Below, in pieces: positions 1 to 10,533 of a DNA stretch of 64,000 nucleotides. Position numbers and translations under genes: made by a program. This DNA is from an uncultured Rubrivivax sp. (lineage in GTDB: Bacteria > Pseudomonadota > Gammaproteobacteria > Burkholderiales > Burkholderiaceae_C), in contig CAYYDJ010000019.1 of assembly GCA_964470565.1 (NCBI GenBank), forward strand, positions 15,472 to 79,471, written 5' to 3'. The notes beneath the pieces were generated by a model. It was given only the letters and a program-made list of their open reading frames with translations, was not told where the DNA came from and searched no databases. Each line of letters starts with the position of its first letter. Position 1 is the stretch's first letter.

Positions 1-1
1 C

Positions 2-1894
2 ACCGAGCTGTGGCTGTTCGAGCAAGGCCTGCGTGCCAACGGCTACGTGCGCAGCCGCGGCGGCAGCGGTGCTGGTGGCGACCGCGCCGTGCTGCTGGCC
101 GACCGCGCGGGCCATCCGGTGGAGCGGCTGCGCCAGGACCTGCGCGATCGCATCGAGGCCCGCGTGGCCGACCCCGCGGCCGCCGGCGTGCTGGCGGCGC
201 TGGCCATCGGCGACCAGGGCGCCATCGACCGTGCCGACTGGGAGCTGTTCCGCGTCACCGGCGTCGCGCACCTGATGTCGATCAGCGGCCTGCACGTGAC
301 CATGTTCGCCTGGGCCGCGGCGCTGCTGGTCGGCTGGGCCTGGCGTGGGTCGCCGCGGCTGATGCGCTGGCTGCCGGCGCCGCTGGCCGCGCGCTGGGGC
401 GGGCTGCTGCTGGCCGCGGCCTATTCGGTGCTGGCCGGCTGGGGCGTGCCGGCGCAGCGCACGGTGCTGATGATCGCCATCGTGGCGCTGCTGCGCACCG
501 CCGGCCTGCGCTGGCCGCAACCGCTGGTGCTGCTGGCGGCCGGCGCCAGCGTCAGCCTGCTGGACCCCTGGGCGCTGCTGCAGCCGGGCTTCTGGCTGTC
601 GTTCGTCGCGGTGGCGCTGCTGATCGTGTCGGACCCGGTTCGCGTGCAGCAGGAGGCTAACGACGAGAACTGGCGCCAACGCACCCGCGGCCTGCTGCAG
701 GGCGCTTTGCGCACGCAGGCCATCGCGACGGTGGGGCTGGCGCCGCTGTCGCTGGTCTTCTTCCAGCAGTTGTCGCTGGTCGGCTTCGTCGCCAACCTGG
801 TGGCGATTCCGCTGGTCACGCTGCTGATCACGCCGCTGGCGCTGGCCGGCGTGCTGGTGCCCGGCTTGTGGACGCTGGATGCGGCCGTGGTCAAGGCCAT
901 GCTGCAAGGCCTGGGCTGGCTGGCCGCCTGGCCCTGGGCGCAGTGGACGGTGGCGGCGGCGCCGGCCTGGGCCGCGCTGCTGGGGCTGGCCGGCGGCGCG
1001 CTGCTGGTGCTGCCGCTGCCCTGGCGGCTGCGGCTGCTGGGGCTGCCCTTGCTGCTGCCGCTGCTGGCGCCGGCCATCGAGCGCCCGCCGATGGGCCGCT
1101 ACGAGCTGCTGGCGGTGGACGTGGGCCAGGGTACCGCGGTGCTGGTGCGCACGCACCGGCATCTGCTGGTCTACGACGCCGGGCCGCTGTACGGCCAGAC
1201 CGCCGACGCCGGCCAGCGCGTGCTGCTGCCGCTGCTGCAGGCGCTGGGCGAGCGCCGCATCGACATGCTGATGCTCAGCCACCGCGACAGCGACCACGTC
1301 GGCGGCGCCGCCGCGCTGCTGGCGCGGCTGCCGGTGGGCCTGCTCGCCAGCTCGCTGGAGCCCGGCCATCCGCTGCTGGCTAACGCCGTGCCGCAGCAGC
1401 CCTGCCGCGCCGGCCAGCGCTGGCAATGGGACGGCGTGGACTTCGAAGTGCTGCATCCCGACCAGGCCACCGTCGCCGCCGCCGGCCGGCCCAACACCCT
1501 GAGCTGCGTGCTGCAGGTGCGCGGCCGCCAAGGCCGCGCGCTGCTGACCGGCGACATCGAGCGCGCGCAGGAAGCCGCGCTGCTGCAGCGCCTGGGCGCC
1601 GAAGGCCTGCACAGCGAGGTGCTGCTGGTGCCGCACCATGGCAGCAAGACCTCGTCCAGCGCCGGCTTCATCGACGCCGTGGCGCCGCAGGTGGCGGTGG
1701 TGCAGGCCGGCTACCGCAGCCGCTTCGGCCATCCGGCGCCCGAGGTGGTGGCGCGCTACGCGGCGCGCGGCGTGGCCATCGTGCGCAGCGACGATTGCGG
1801 GGCCTGGCACTGGCCGGCGGCTGACGATCAAGCGCCTTGCCAGCGCCAACGCCAGGCCCGCTACTGGCATCATCCGGGCGCGGAGGGTCGGTGA
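2..1894 (+). CDS. comEC: ComEC/Rec2 family DNA-internalization protein, 5' end outside window
   Basis: The reading frame is open to the window edge. A polytopic competence-domain segment (GVAHLMSISGLHVTMFAW) is followed by a metallo-beta-lactamase domain (LLAVDVGQGTAVLV, MLSHRDSDHVGG, VPHHGS). Confidence 0.85.
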   Translation, partial: TELWLFEQGLRANGYVRSRGGSGAGGDRAVLLADRAGHPVERLRQDLRDRIEARVADPAAAGVLAALAIGDQGAIDRADWELFRVTGVAHLMSISGLHVTMFAWAAALLVGWAWRGSPRLMRWLPAPLAARWGGLLLAAAYSVLAGWGVPAQRTVLMIAIVALLRTAGLRWPQPLVLLAAGASVSLLDPWALLQPGFWLSFVAVALLIVSDPVRVQQEANDENWRQRTRGLLQGALRTQAIATVGLAPLSLVFFQQLSLVGFVANLVAIPLVTLLITPLALAGVLVPGLWTLDAAVVKAMLQGLGWLAAWPWAQWTVAAAPAWAALLGLAGGALLVLPLPWRLRLLGLPLLLPLLAPAIERPPMGRYELLAVDVGQGTAVLVRTHRHLLVYDAGPLYGQTADAGQRVLLPLLQALGERRIDMLMLSHRDSDHVGGAAALLARLPVGLLASSLEPGHPLLANAVPQQPCRAGQRWQWDGVDFEVLHPDQATVAAAGRPNTLSCVLQVRGRQGRALLTGDIERAQEAALLQRLGAEGLHSEVLLVPHHGSKTSSSAGFIDAVAPQVAVVQAGYRSRFGHPAPEVVARYAARGVAIVRSDDCGAWHWPAADDQAPCQRQRQARYWHHPGAEGR

Positions 1895-1973
1895 TCATCC
1901 GCGGACGGCGCGCCGGGCCCGCATGGCCCGGAGCTTGCAAGAGCCGCGGATCCGCCAGCAGGAGCCTACAGAA

Positions 1974-4900
1974 GTGTCCATCCACGTCGCGCTGAACCAC
2001 GTCACCCACTACCGCTACGACCGCCGGGTGGCGCTGTCGCCGCAAGTCGTGCGCCTGCGGCCCGCGCCGCACTGCCGCACGCCGATCCTCAGCTACTCGC
2101 TGCGCATCGAGCCCGGCGAGCATTTCATCAATTGGCAGCAGGACCCGTTTGCCAACCACCTGGCGCGGCTGGTGTTCCCGGAGAAGACCACCGAGTTCAA
2201 GGTCACCGTCGATCTGGTCGCCGAGATGGCGGTCTACAACCCCTTCGACTTCTTCCTCGAACCCGAGGCCGAGACCTACCCTTTCAAGTACGCGGCCGAG
2301 TTGGCGCACGACCTGCTGCCGTACCTCGCCAAAGGGCCGCTGACCCCGCGCTTCAAGGCCTTCGTCGACAGCGTGGCGCGCGAGCCGCAGCGCACCATCG
2401 ACTTCCTGGTCGGCCTCAACCAGCGGCTGCAGCGCGAGATCGGCTACCTGATCCGCATGGAGCCCGGCGTGCAGACGCCCGAGCGCACGCTGGAAAACGG
2501 CAGTGGCTCGTGCCGCGACACCGGCTGGCTGCTGGTGCAGACGCTGCGCCACCTGGGGCTGGCGGCGCGCTTCGTCTCGGGCTACCTGATCCAGCTCAAG
2601 CCCGACGTCAAGGCGATCGACGGGCCCGGCGGCGCTGAAGCCGACTTCACCGACCTGCACGCCTGGTGCGAGGTCTACCTGCCCGGCGCCGGCTGGATCG
2701 GGCTCGACCCCACCTCGGGCCTGATGGCCGGCGAAGGCCACATCCCCGTGGCCTGCACGCCCGAGCCCAGCACCGCGGCGCCGGTGTCGGGCGCGGTCGA
2801 CGAATCCGAGGTCGAGTTCAGCCACGAGATGCAGGTCACGCGCATCTACGAAAGCCCGCGCGTCACCAAGCCCTACACCGACGCGCAATGGCAGGCCATC
2901 CACGCGCTGGGCCAGCAGGTGGACCAGGCGCTGCAGCAGCAGGACGTGCGGCTGACGCAGGGTGGCGAGCCCACCTTCGTCTCGGTGAGCGACCGCGACG
3001 GCGCCGAGTGGAACACCGACGCCCTGGGCCCCACCAAGCGCGGCTACGCCACCGAGCTGGTGCAGCGGCTGCGCCAGCGCTATGGCGAAGGCGGCTTCCT
3101 GCACTTCGGCCAGGGCAAGTGGTACCCGGGCGAGCAGCTGCCGCGCTGGGCCTTGTCGATCTACTGGCGGCGCGACGGCCAGCCCTGCTGGCACGACCCC
3201 GATCTCTTTGCCGACGAGCGCGAGCGCCATGCCTACACCACGGCGGACGCTGAACGTTTCATCGGCGCGCTGACCCGCCGCCTGGGGCTGGACGAGCGCT
3301 ACGTGCTGCCCGGATACGAAGATACCTGGTACTACCTGTGGCGCGAGCGCCGGCTGCCGCTCAACGTCGACCCCTTCGATTCGCGGCTGGACGATGAGCT
3401 CGAGCGCGCCCGGCTGCGCCGCGTCTTCCAGCAGGGGCTGGATGCGACGGTCGGCTACCTGCTGCCGCTGCGCCGCGAGTGGCAGGTCGGCACCGCCGGT
3501 GCGCAGTGGATCACCGGCCCCTGGTTCCTGCGCGACGAGCGGCTGTACCTGCTGCCTGGCGATTCGCCGATGGGCTACAGGCTGCCGCTGGATTCGCTGC
3601 CCTGGGCCAGCGCGGCCGACCGCCAGCAGCTGTTCGACCAGGACCCCTTCGCGCCGCAGCCGCCGCTGCCCCGCGCCGCGGCGCTGCGCCAGCAGCATCC
3701 GTACGACGCGCACCACAGCGGCGGCGGCTTCGCCGAAGGCGGCGCGGTGGCGCTGCAGGGCAAGCCCTATCCCGATGGCGACGTGGCGGACGGCGCCGCG
3801 GCCGCGCCATCCGGCCTTGCCGGCACGACCGGCCCGCACCGCCCGGTGGCGGCGCACGCCCAGGCGCCCGACACCGTGCCGGCGCGCGGCGAGTCAGCCG
3901 CCTGGCTGACCCGCACCGCGCTGTGCGTGGAAGTGCGCGACCCGCAGCGCGCCAACGGCCCGAAGGCTGAAGCGCTGCAGGGCGGCCGCAGCGGCGTGAT
4001 GTACGTCTTCATGCCGCCGCTGGCGCACCTGGAGGACTACCTCGAACTGCTGGCCGCCATCGAAGCCACGGCGGCCGAGCAGGGCGTGAAGATCGTGCTG
4101 GAAGGCTATCCGCCGCCGCGCGACAGCCGCCTCAAGCTGCTGCAGGTCACGCCCGATCCCGGCGTCATCGAGGTCAACATCCACCCGGCGCACGACTGGG
4201 CCGAGCTGGTCGACCACACCGAGTTCCTCTACGAGGCGGCGCACCTCACGCGGCTGTCGACCGAGAAGTTCATGCTCGACGGCCGCCACACCGGCACCGG
4301 CGGCGGCAACCACTTCGTGCTGGGCGGCGCCACCCCGGCCGACAGCCCCTTCCTGCGCCGGCCCGACGTGCTGGCCAGCCTGCTGACTTACTGGCTCAAC
4401 CACCCCTCCTTGAGCTACCTGTTCAGCGGCCTCTTCATCGGCCCCACCAGCCAGGCGCCGCGCATCGACGAAGCGCGCAACGACCAGGTCTACGAGTTGG
4501 AGATCGCCTTGCAGGAGCTGCAGGCGCAGCTTCAACGCGAGGGCGGGACCGGGGAGGGGGTCCCGGTCGAAGGGATCCTTCCGCCGTGGCTCGTGGACCG
4601 CACGCTGCGCAACCTGCTGATCGACGTCACCGGCAACACCCACCGCGCCGAGTTCTGCATCGACAAGCTCTACTCGCCCGACGGCCCCACCGGACGCCTG
4701 GGCCTGCTGGAGCTGCGCGCCTTCGAGATGCCGCCGCACGCGCGCATGAGCCTGGCGCAGCAGCTGCTGCTGCGCGCGCTGCTGGCCTGGTTCTGGCGGG
4801 AGCCCTACCAAGGCCGCGGCAGCACGCGGCTCACGCGCTGGGGCACCGGGCTGCACGACCGCTTCCTGCTGCCCACCTTCGTGCAGATGGACTTCGACGA

Positions 4901-5516
4901 CGTGCTGGCCGAGCTGGCGCAGGCCGGCTTCGCGTTCGACCCGCAGTGGTTCGCGCCGCACTTCGAGTTCCGCTTCCCGCTGATCGGCGAGGTCGCGACG
5001 ATGGGCCTGGCGCTGACGCTGCGCAACGCGCTCGAGCCCTGGCACGTGATGGGCGAAGAGGGCGCGGCCGGCGGCACCGTGCGCTACGTCGACTCGTCGC
5101 TCGAGCGGCTGGAGCTCAAAGTGAGCGGCTTCAACGACAACCGCCACCTCGTCACCGTCAACGGCCAGGCCGTGCCGCTGCAGCCCACCGGGCGCATCGG
5201 CGAGTTCGTGGCCGGCGTGCGCTACCGCGCCTGGCAGCCGCCGTCGGCGCTGCACCCCACCATCGCCAGCCACGCGCCGCTGACCTTCGACATCGTCGAC
5301 CGCTGGCTGCAGCGCTCGCTGGGCGGTTGCCGCTACCACGTGGCGCACCCGGGCGGGCGCAACTACGAAGTCTTCCCGGTCAACGCCTACGAGGCCGAGA
5401 GCCGCCGCCTGGCGCGCTTCTTCCGCTTCGGCCACACGCCGGGCCGGATGCAGGTGCAGCCGGCGCGGCCGAGCCTGGAGTTCCCGCACACGCTGGACCT
5501 GCGGGCCGCGCGCTGA
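1974..5516 (+). CDS. Large transglutaminase-family protein (DUF2126-type, 1180 aa)
   Basis: GTG at 1974 is preceded by GGAG at 1961-1964. The N-terminus SIHVALNHVTHYRYDR is typical of Bact_transglu_N. The transglutaminase Cys-His-Asp triad is visible (GSGSCRDTGWL, DLHAWCEVYL, GLDPTSG), followed by a long C-terminal extension. The ATG at 1923 is an in-frame alternative start. Confidence 0.8.
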   Translation: MSIHVALNHVTHYRYDRRVALSPQVVRLRPAPHCRTPILSYSLRIEPGEHFINWQQDPFANHLARLVFPEKTTEFKVTVDLVAEMAVYNPFDFFLEPEAETYPFKYAAELAHDLLPYLAKGPLTPRFKAFVDSVAREPQRTIDFLVGLNQRLQREIGYLIRMEPGVQTPERTLENGSGSCRDTGWLLVQTLRHLGLAARFVSGYLIQLKPDVKAIDGPGGAEADFTDLHAWCEVYLPGAGWIGLDPTSGLMAGEGHIPVACTPEPSTAAPVSGAVDESEVEFSHEMQVTRIYESPRVTKPYTDAQWQAIHALGQQVDQALQQQDVRLTQGGEPTFVSVSDRDGAEWNTDALGPTKRGYATELVQRLRQRYGEGGFLHFGQGKWYPGEQLPRWALSIYWRRDGQPCWHDPDLFADERERHAYTTADAERFIGALTRRLGLDERYVLPGYEDTWYYLWRERRLPLNVDPFDSRLDDELERARLRRVFQQGLDATVGYLLPLRREWQVGTAGAQWITGPWFLRDERLYLLPGDSPMGYRLPLDSLPWASAADRQQLFDQDPFAPQPPLPRAAALRQQHPYDAHHSGGGFAEGGAVALQGKPYPDGDVADGAAAAPSGLAGTTGPHRPVAAHAQAPDTVPARGESAAWLTRTALCVEVRDPQRANGPKAEALQGGRSGVMYVFMPPLAHLEDYLELLAAIEATAAEQGVKIVLEGYPPPRDSRLKLLQVTPDPGVIEVNIHPAHDWAELVDHTEFLYEAAHLTRLSTEKFMLDGRHTGTGGGNHFVLGGATPADSPFLRRPDVLASLLTYWLNHPSLSYLFSGLFIGPTSQAPRIDEARNDQVYELEIALQELQAQLQREGGTGEGVPVEGILPPWLVDRTLRNLLIDVTGNTHRAEFCIDKLYSPDGPTGRLGLLELRAFEMPPHARMSLAQQLLLRALLAWFWREPYQGRGSTRLTRWGTGLHDRFLLPTFVQMDFDDVLAELAQAGFAFDPQWFAPHFEFRFPLIGEVATMGLALTLRNALEPWHVMGEEGAAGGTVRYVDSSLERLELKVSGFNDNRHLVTVNGQAVPLQPTGRIGEFVAGVRYRAWQPPSALHPTIASHAPLTFDIVDRWLQRSLGGCRYHVAHPGGRNYEVFPVNAYEAESRRLARFFRFGHTPGRMQVQPARPSLEFPHTLDLRAAR

Positions 5517-5518
5517 CG

Positions 5519-8104
5519 ATGCAAAGCCAGAGCCAGAGCCAAGTCCAGAGCGCGCTGCCCTTCGGGCCCGACGCCAACGAAGAGCCGGCGCTGGGCCTGC
5601 TGCTGCGCCACGCGCTGCCGGCCGAAGGCGGCGTCTGGGACGAGTTGCGCGGCAGCGCCGGCGCGCTGCGCCCGGCCTGGCAGCGCTTTGCGCACTGGCT
5701 GCCGCAGCCGGCCGGCGGCGTTGATCTGGCCGCCGACCTCGACCGCCGCGTCGCCCAGGTGGCACAGCAGATCCGCCACGACGGCGTCACGCACAACGTC
5801 TTCAGCGACGCCGGCGTCGCCAGCCGGCCCTGGAGCCTGGAGCTGCTGCCGCAGTTGATCGAGCCGGCCGACTGGGCACAGATCGAGCGCGGCGTGATCC
5901 AGCGCGCGGCGCTGCTGGAGGCGATGCTCGACGACCTGTACGGCGCGCAGACGCTGCTGCAGCGCAGCCTGCTGCCGCCGGCGCTGCTGCTGCGCCACCC
6001 GGGCTACCTGCGGGCCATGCAGGGTGTGCGGCCGCCGGGCGGGCAGCGGCTGCACATCGTGGCCTTCGACCTCGCGCGCGGCCCCGACGGCGCCTGGTGC
6101 GTGCTGGCCCAGCGCACGCAAGGCCCATCCGGGCTGGGCTACGTGCTGCACAACCGGCTGACCATCTCGCGCCAGTTCCAAGACGCCTTCCGCGAGCTGC
6201 GCGTGCAGCACATCGCCAGCAGCTACCGCCGGCTGCTGGACACCGTGGACCGCCTGGCGCGCGAGCTGGCGCAAGGCCAGGCGCCGCGCGTCGTGCTGCT
6301 GACGCCGGGGCCCTACAGCGAGACCTATTTCGAGCACGCTTACCTGGCCCGTTATCTGGGCCTGCCGCTGGTGGAAGGCGGCGACCTCACGGTGCGCGGC
6401 GAGCGCCTGTTCCTGAAGACCGTGGAAGGCCTGGAGCCGGTGCACGGCGTGTTGCGCCGGCTCGACGACGACTGGTGCGACCCGCTGGAGCTGCGCGCCG
6501 ATTCGACGCTGGGCGTGCCCGGGCTGCTGCAGGCCGCGCGCGCCGGCCAGGTGGTGATGGCCAACGCGCTGGGCGCGGCCTTTCTCGAATCGCCCGCGCT
6601 GCACGGCTTCCTGCCCGGCATCGCGCAGGCGCTGCTCGACCAGCCGCTGCTGATGCCTGCGGTTCCCACCTGGTGGTGCGGCGAGGCCGCGGCCTGGGCC
6701 GACGTGCGGCCGCAGCTGGCGGGCAAGCGGCTGCGCGGCACCTATCCGGCGATCGGCGGGATCGGCGGGATCGTTGCCGGCGCCCCGCGTCCCGAGGCCG
6801 CCGAGGTCGACCGCGACCCCGACGCCTGGACCGTGCAGGACAGTCTGCGCTATGGCCGCGCACCGATCTGGAGCAACGGCCTGCTGACGCCGCGCCCTGC
6901 GCTGGTGCGCGTGTTCGTGATCGGTGATGGCGACGGCCGCTGGCACGTGCTGCCCGGCGGCATGACGCGCGTCGCGCGGCACGAGGAAGGCTCGGTCTCG
7001 ATGCAGCGCGGCGGCACCAGCCTGGACACCTGGGTGCTGACCGACGGCCCGGTGGACACCTTCTCGATGCTGCCGCAGCGGCTGTCGGTCGACGACATCG
7101 GCGCCCGCCGCCGCCCGGTGAGCAGCCGCACCGGCGAGAACCTGTTCTGGATGGGCCGCTACACCGAGCGCACCGAGCAGCAGGTGCGGCTGGCGCGCTC
7201 CATCCTCGGCCTGATCGACGCCGACAGCGATGCCTCGCCCGCGGTGCTGCAGGCGCTGTCGGTGCTGGCGGTGCAAGGCGGGCTGGCGCCTTTCGGCGTG
7301 CCCACGCTGGTGCAGTCGCCGCACGTCTTCGAGCGCGCGCTGCTGCGCTCGCTGGCCGATGCCCAGGGCGGCCAGGGCTGCACCGGCATTGCCTACCACC
7401 TGGCGGCGCTGGAGCGTGCCTCGCAGGCGCTGCGCGAGCGGCTGTCGTCGGAGCAATGGAGCCTGATCCGCACCATGGACGAAGCCTTCATCGCCGCGCT
7501 GGCCGCGCCCGCCGGCGAGCTGCCCGCGCCGGCGCAGGCGCTGCGCGAACTGGACCGCCTGGCGCTGCGGCTGGCCGCGGTGACCGGCGCGCAGACCGAC
7601 CGCATGACGCGCGACCACGGCTGGCGTCTGCTCACCGTGGGCCGGCTGCTGGAGCGGCTGATCGGCGTGGCCGGCATCTTGCGCGCCTTCCTGGACGCCG
7701 GGGCGCTGCAGACCGCGGCCGGCATCGAGCTGCTGCTGGAGCTGTTCGACAGCGCGATCACCTTTCGCGCCCGCTACCAGCGCCACGAAGACCTGCTGGC
7801 GCTGACCGAGCTGCTGGTGTTGGACAACACCAACCCGCGCGCCTTTGCCGGCGTGCTGCGCCGCTTGCGCACCGAGTTGAAGAAGCTGCCCGGCGGCGAC
7901 GAGCGCACCGCCGAGCTGCTGGCGCGGCTGCCCGCCGAAGGCGTCGGCCTGACGCTGCAGGCGCTGCGCGGCGCCGACGACGCGCGGCTGGCCGCCGTGC
8001 TGCTGGACTTGTCGCGCAGCCTGCGCCAGTCGGCGCTGGAGCTGGCCGACGCGATCGGCAGCCGCTACTTCAACCTGGCGCAAGGCGCCGACCAGGCGGT
8101 GTGA
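5519..8104 (+). CDS. Fusion protein: circularly permuted type-2 ATP-grasp domain plus alpha-E domain (861 aa)
   Basis: ATG at 5519 lies 2 nt after the upstream stop. The N-terminal half is paralogous to the 9070 gene (LLTPGPYSETYFEHAYLARYLGLPLVEGGDL). The C-terminal half is paralogous to the 10527 gene (GENLFWMGRYTERTEQQVRLAR). Confidence 0.8.
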   Translation: MQSQSQSQVQSALPFGPDANEEPALGLLLRHALPAEGGVWDELRGSAGALRPAWQRFAHWLPQPAGGVDLAADLDRRVAQVAQQIRHDGVTHNVFSDAGVASRPWSLELLPQLIEPADWAQIERGVIQRAALLEAMLDDLYGAQTLLQRSLLPPALLLRHPGYLRAMQGVRPPGGQRLHIVAFDLARGPDGAWCVLAQRTQGPSGLGYVLHNRLTISRQFQDAFRELRVQHIASSYRRLLDTVDRLARELAQGQAPRVVLLTPGPYSETYFEHAYLARYLGLPLVEGGDLTVRGERLFLKTVEGLEPVHGVLRRLDDDWCDPLELRADSTLGVPGLLQAARAGQVVMANALGAAFLESPALHGFLPGIAQALLDQPLLMPAVPTWWCGEAAAWADVRPQLAGKRLRGTYPAIGGIGGIVAGAPRPEAAEVDRDPDAWTVQDSLRYGRAPIWSNGLLTPRPALVRVFVIGDGDGRWHVLPGGMTRVARHEEGSVSMQRGGTSLDTWVLTDGPVDTFSMLPQRLSVDDIGARRRPVSSRTGENLFWMGRYTERTEQQVRLARSILGLIDADSDASPAVLQALSVLAVQGGLAPFGVPTLVQSPHVFERALLRSLADAQGGQGCTGIAYHLAALERASQALRERLSSEQWSLIRTMDEAFIAALAAPAGELPAPAQALRELDRLALRLAAVTGAQTDRMTRDHGWRLLTVGRLLERLIGVAGILRAFLDAGALQTAAGIELLLELFDSAITFRARYQRHEDLLALTELLVLDNTNPRAFAGVLRRLRTELKKLPGGDERTAELLARLPAEGVGLTLQALRGADDARLAAVLLDLSRSLRQSALELADAIGSRYFNLAQGADQAV

Positions 8105-9060
8105 TGACCGCCGCCGCCGCCGCCGCTGAACTCGAAGTCGTCCACGAGACGCACTACCGCTACGCGGCGCCGGTGGCGCTGGCGCACCACCTGGCGCACC
8201 TGCAGCCGCTGCACGACGAGCACCAGCAACTGCTGATGCACGAGCTGAGCACCGCGCCCGAGCCGCAGACCCGGCACGGTGGCCGCGACGCTTTCGGCAA
8301 CCCCTGCCTGTGGTTCAGCAGCGCGCAGCCGCACCGGCAGTTGACGGTGCGCGCCAGCAGCCGCGTGCGCGTCACGCCGCGCTTCGACGCCTTGCGCGCC
8401 GAGGCGTCGCCGCCCTGGGACCGCCTCGCCGCGGGGCTGCGCTATGCGGCGCGCGGCGCTTACGACGCCGCGGTGCAGTTCGCGCTGCCCTCGCCCTACG
8501 TGCCGCGGCTGGAGGGCCTGCGCGCCTACGCGGCGTCCAGCTTCGCGCCCGGGCGGCCGGTGCTGGCCGGCGCGCTGGAGCTGATGCAGCGCCTGCACGC
8601 CGACTTCGAGTACCGCAGCGCCAGCACGCAGATCGACACCCCGCTGGCCGAGGCCTTCGAGCAGCGCGCCGGCGTCTGCCAGGACTTCGCCCACCTGATG
8701 GCCGGCGCGCTGCGCATGCTGGGCCTGCCGGCGCGCTACGTCAGCGGCTACCTGCTGACGCGCCCACCCGGCGGCAGCGCCGACCTGCTGGGCGCCGATG
8801 CCTCGCACGCCTGGCTGCAGGTCTACGCGCCCGGCACGCCGGGCGTGCCCGGCGACTGGCTGGACCTGGACCCGACCAACGACCTGGTGCCCGGCAGCGG
8901 CCACGTGCGGCTGGCCGTGGGGCGCGACTTCGGCGACGTGACGCCGCTGCGCGGCGTGATCCGCGGCGGCGGCCGGCATACGCTGGCGGTGGCCGTGCGC
9001 ACCCGCCGCATCGACGGTGACGGCAACATGGGCCCGGCTCTTGCTAGCGCCCACGGATGA
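8104..9060 (+). CDS. Transglutaminase-family protein (318 aa)
   Basis: ATG at 8104 overlaps the upstream TGA (8102-8104) by 1 nt. The N-terminus reads LEVVHETHYRYAAPV. The core Cys-His-Asp is visible (RAGVCQDFAHL, DASHAWLQVY, LDLDPTN). Confidence 0.85.
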   Translation: MTAAAAAAELEVVHETHYRYAAPVALAHHLAHLQPLHDEHQQLLMHELSTAPEPQTRHGGRDAFGNPCLWFSSAQPHRQLTVRASSRVRVTPRFDALRAEASPPWDRLAAGLRYAARGAYDAAVQFALPSPYVPRLEGLRAYAASSFAPGRPVLAGALELMQRLHADFEYRSASTQIDTPLAEAFEQRAGVCQDFAHLMAGALRMLGLPARYVSGYLLTRPPGGSADLLGADASHAWLQVYAPGTPGVPGDWLDLDPTNDLVPGSGHVRLAVGRDFGDVTPLRGVIRGGGRHTLAVAVRTRRIDGDGNMGPALASAHG

Positions 9061-9069
9061 GGAGATGAC

Positions 9070-10533
9070 ATGAAGCCCGGCCTGGACGAGATGCACGCCG
9101 CCGACGGCAGCGTGCGCGAGCACTACCGCGTCTACGACGAGTGGCTGCAGCGCCAGCCGCCCGAGCTGATGCGTGCGCGGCGCGAGGAAGCGGAGATGAT
9201 CTTCCGCCGCGTCGGCATCACCTTCGCGGTCTATGGCGCCAAGGACGAGGACGGCGCCGGCACCGAGCGGCTGATCCCCTTCGACCTGATCCCGCGCGTG
9301 ATCCCCGGGCGCGCATGGGCCGAGATGGAAGCCGGCCTCGCCCAGCGCGTGACCGCGCTCAACCGCTTCATTCACGACGTGTACCACGAGCAGGCCATCC
9401 TCAAGGCCGGCATCGTGCCCACCGAGCAGGTGCTGAACAACGCCCAGTTCCGCAAGGAGATGATGGGCGTCAGCGTGCCCGGCGAGATCTACTCGCACAT
9501 CTCGGGCATCGACATCGTGCGCGCGCCCGACCTCGGCAACCCCGGCAGCGGCCAGGCGCGCACCTACGTGCTGGAAGACAACCTGCGCGTACCGAGCGGC
9601 GTCAGCTACATGCTGGAGAACCGCAAGATGACGATGCGGCTGTTCCCCGAGCTGTTCAGCATGCACCGCGTGGCGCCGGTGGCGCACTACCCCGACCTGC
9701 TGCTGGACACGCTGCGCGAGGTGGCGCCGGCCGGCGTCAACGAGCCCGCGGTGGTGGTGCTGACGCCGGGCATGTACAACAGCGCCTACTTCGAGCACGC
9801 CTTCCTGGCGCAGCAGATGGGCGTCGAGCTGGTCGAAGGGCAGGACCTGTTCGTCAAGGAGGGCTTCGTCTACATGCGCACCACGCAAGGGCCGCGGCGC
9901 GTGGACGTGATCTACCGCCGCGTCGACGACGACTTCCTGGACCCGCGCGCCTTCCGCGCCGACAGCGCACTCGGCTGCGCCGGGCTGCTGGACGTCTACC
10001 GCGCCGGCAACATCACGCTGTGCAACGCCATCGGCACCGGCATCGCCGACGACAAGAGCATCTATCCCTACGTGCCGAAGATGATCGAGTTCTACCTCGG
10101 CGAGAAGCCCATCCTCAACAACGTGCCGACCTGGCTGTGCCGCGAGGCCGACGACCTGAAGTACGTGCTGGACCACCTGGACGAGCTGGTCGTCAAGGAG
10201 GTGCACGGCGCCGGCGGCTACGGCATGCTGGTGGGCCCGGCGGCCAGCAAGGCCGAGATCGAGGACTTCCGCCGCGTGCTGCTGCAGCAGCCGGCCAACT
10301 ACATCGCGCAGCCCACGCTCAGCCTGTCGAGCTGCCCCACCTTCGTCGACGCCGGCATCGCGCCGCGCCACATCGACCTGCGGCCCTACGTGCTGAGCTC
10401 GGGCAAGGGCGTGCGCAGCGTGCCCGGCGGGCTGACCCGCGTGGCGCTGAAGGAAGGCTCGCTGGTCGTCAACTCGTCGCAGGGCGGCGGGACCAAGGAC
10501 ACGTGGGTGCTGGGGGAGGGCGCATCATGCTGA
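9070..10533 (+). CDS. Circularly permuted type-2 ATP-grasp protein (487 aa)
   Basis: A GAGGAG Shine-Dalgarno sequence sits just upstream of the ATG. Recognisable motifs are VLTPGMYNSAYFEHAFLAQQMGVELVEGQDL and VVKEVHGAGGYGMLVGP. Confidence 0.85.
   Translation: MKPGLDEMHAADGSVREHYRVYDEWLQRQPPELMRARREEAEMIFRRVGITFAVYGAKDEDGAGTERLIPFDLIPRVIPGRAWAEMEAGLAQRVTALNRFIHDVYHEQAILKAGIVPTEQVLNNAQFRKEMMGVSVPGEIYSHISGIDIVRAPDLGNPGSGQARTYVLEDNLRVPSGVSYMLENRKMTMRLFPELFSMHRVAPVAHYPDLLLDTLREVAPAGVNEPAVVVLTPGMYNSAYFEHAFLAQQMGVELVEGQDLFVKEGFVYMRTTQGPRRVDVIYRRVDDDFLDPRAFRADSALGCAGLLDVYRAGNITLCNAIGTGIADDKSIYPYVPKMIEFYLGEKPILNNVPTWLCREADDLKYVLDHLDELVVKEVHGAGGYGMLVGPAASKAEIEDFRRVLLQQPANYIAQPTLSLSSCPTFVDAGIAPRHIDLRPYVLSSGKGVRSVPGGLTRVALKEGSLVVNSSQGGGTKDTWVLGEGASC

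Noticed and set aside
1923-1973. In-frame ATG at 1923, which would add 17 residues to the DUF2126 protein.
   Set aside because: GTG 1974 has a GGAG at the proper distance and yields the family-typical N-terminus (SIHVALNHVTHYRYDR). I keep the ATG only as an alternative.
1668-3857. 729-aa minus-strand ORF opposite the DUF2126 gene. Similar ORFs lie at 3894-5765 and 5387-8083 opposite the ATP-grasp genes.
   Set aside because: The translations are Arg/Ala/Gly/Pro-rich low-complexity sequence with no recognisable motif. They lie antisense to genes with clear domain signatures. Long open antisense frames are expected at ~70% GC.
5525-5542. (AGCCAG)2-AGCCAA hexanucleotide run at the start of the fused ATP-grasp gene, encoding QSQSQSQ. 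I considered it as a possible phase-variation tract.
   Set aside because: The unit length is a multiple of three, so slippage would not shift the frame. Three copies are too few to argue for a contingency locus.
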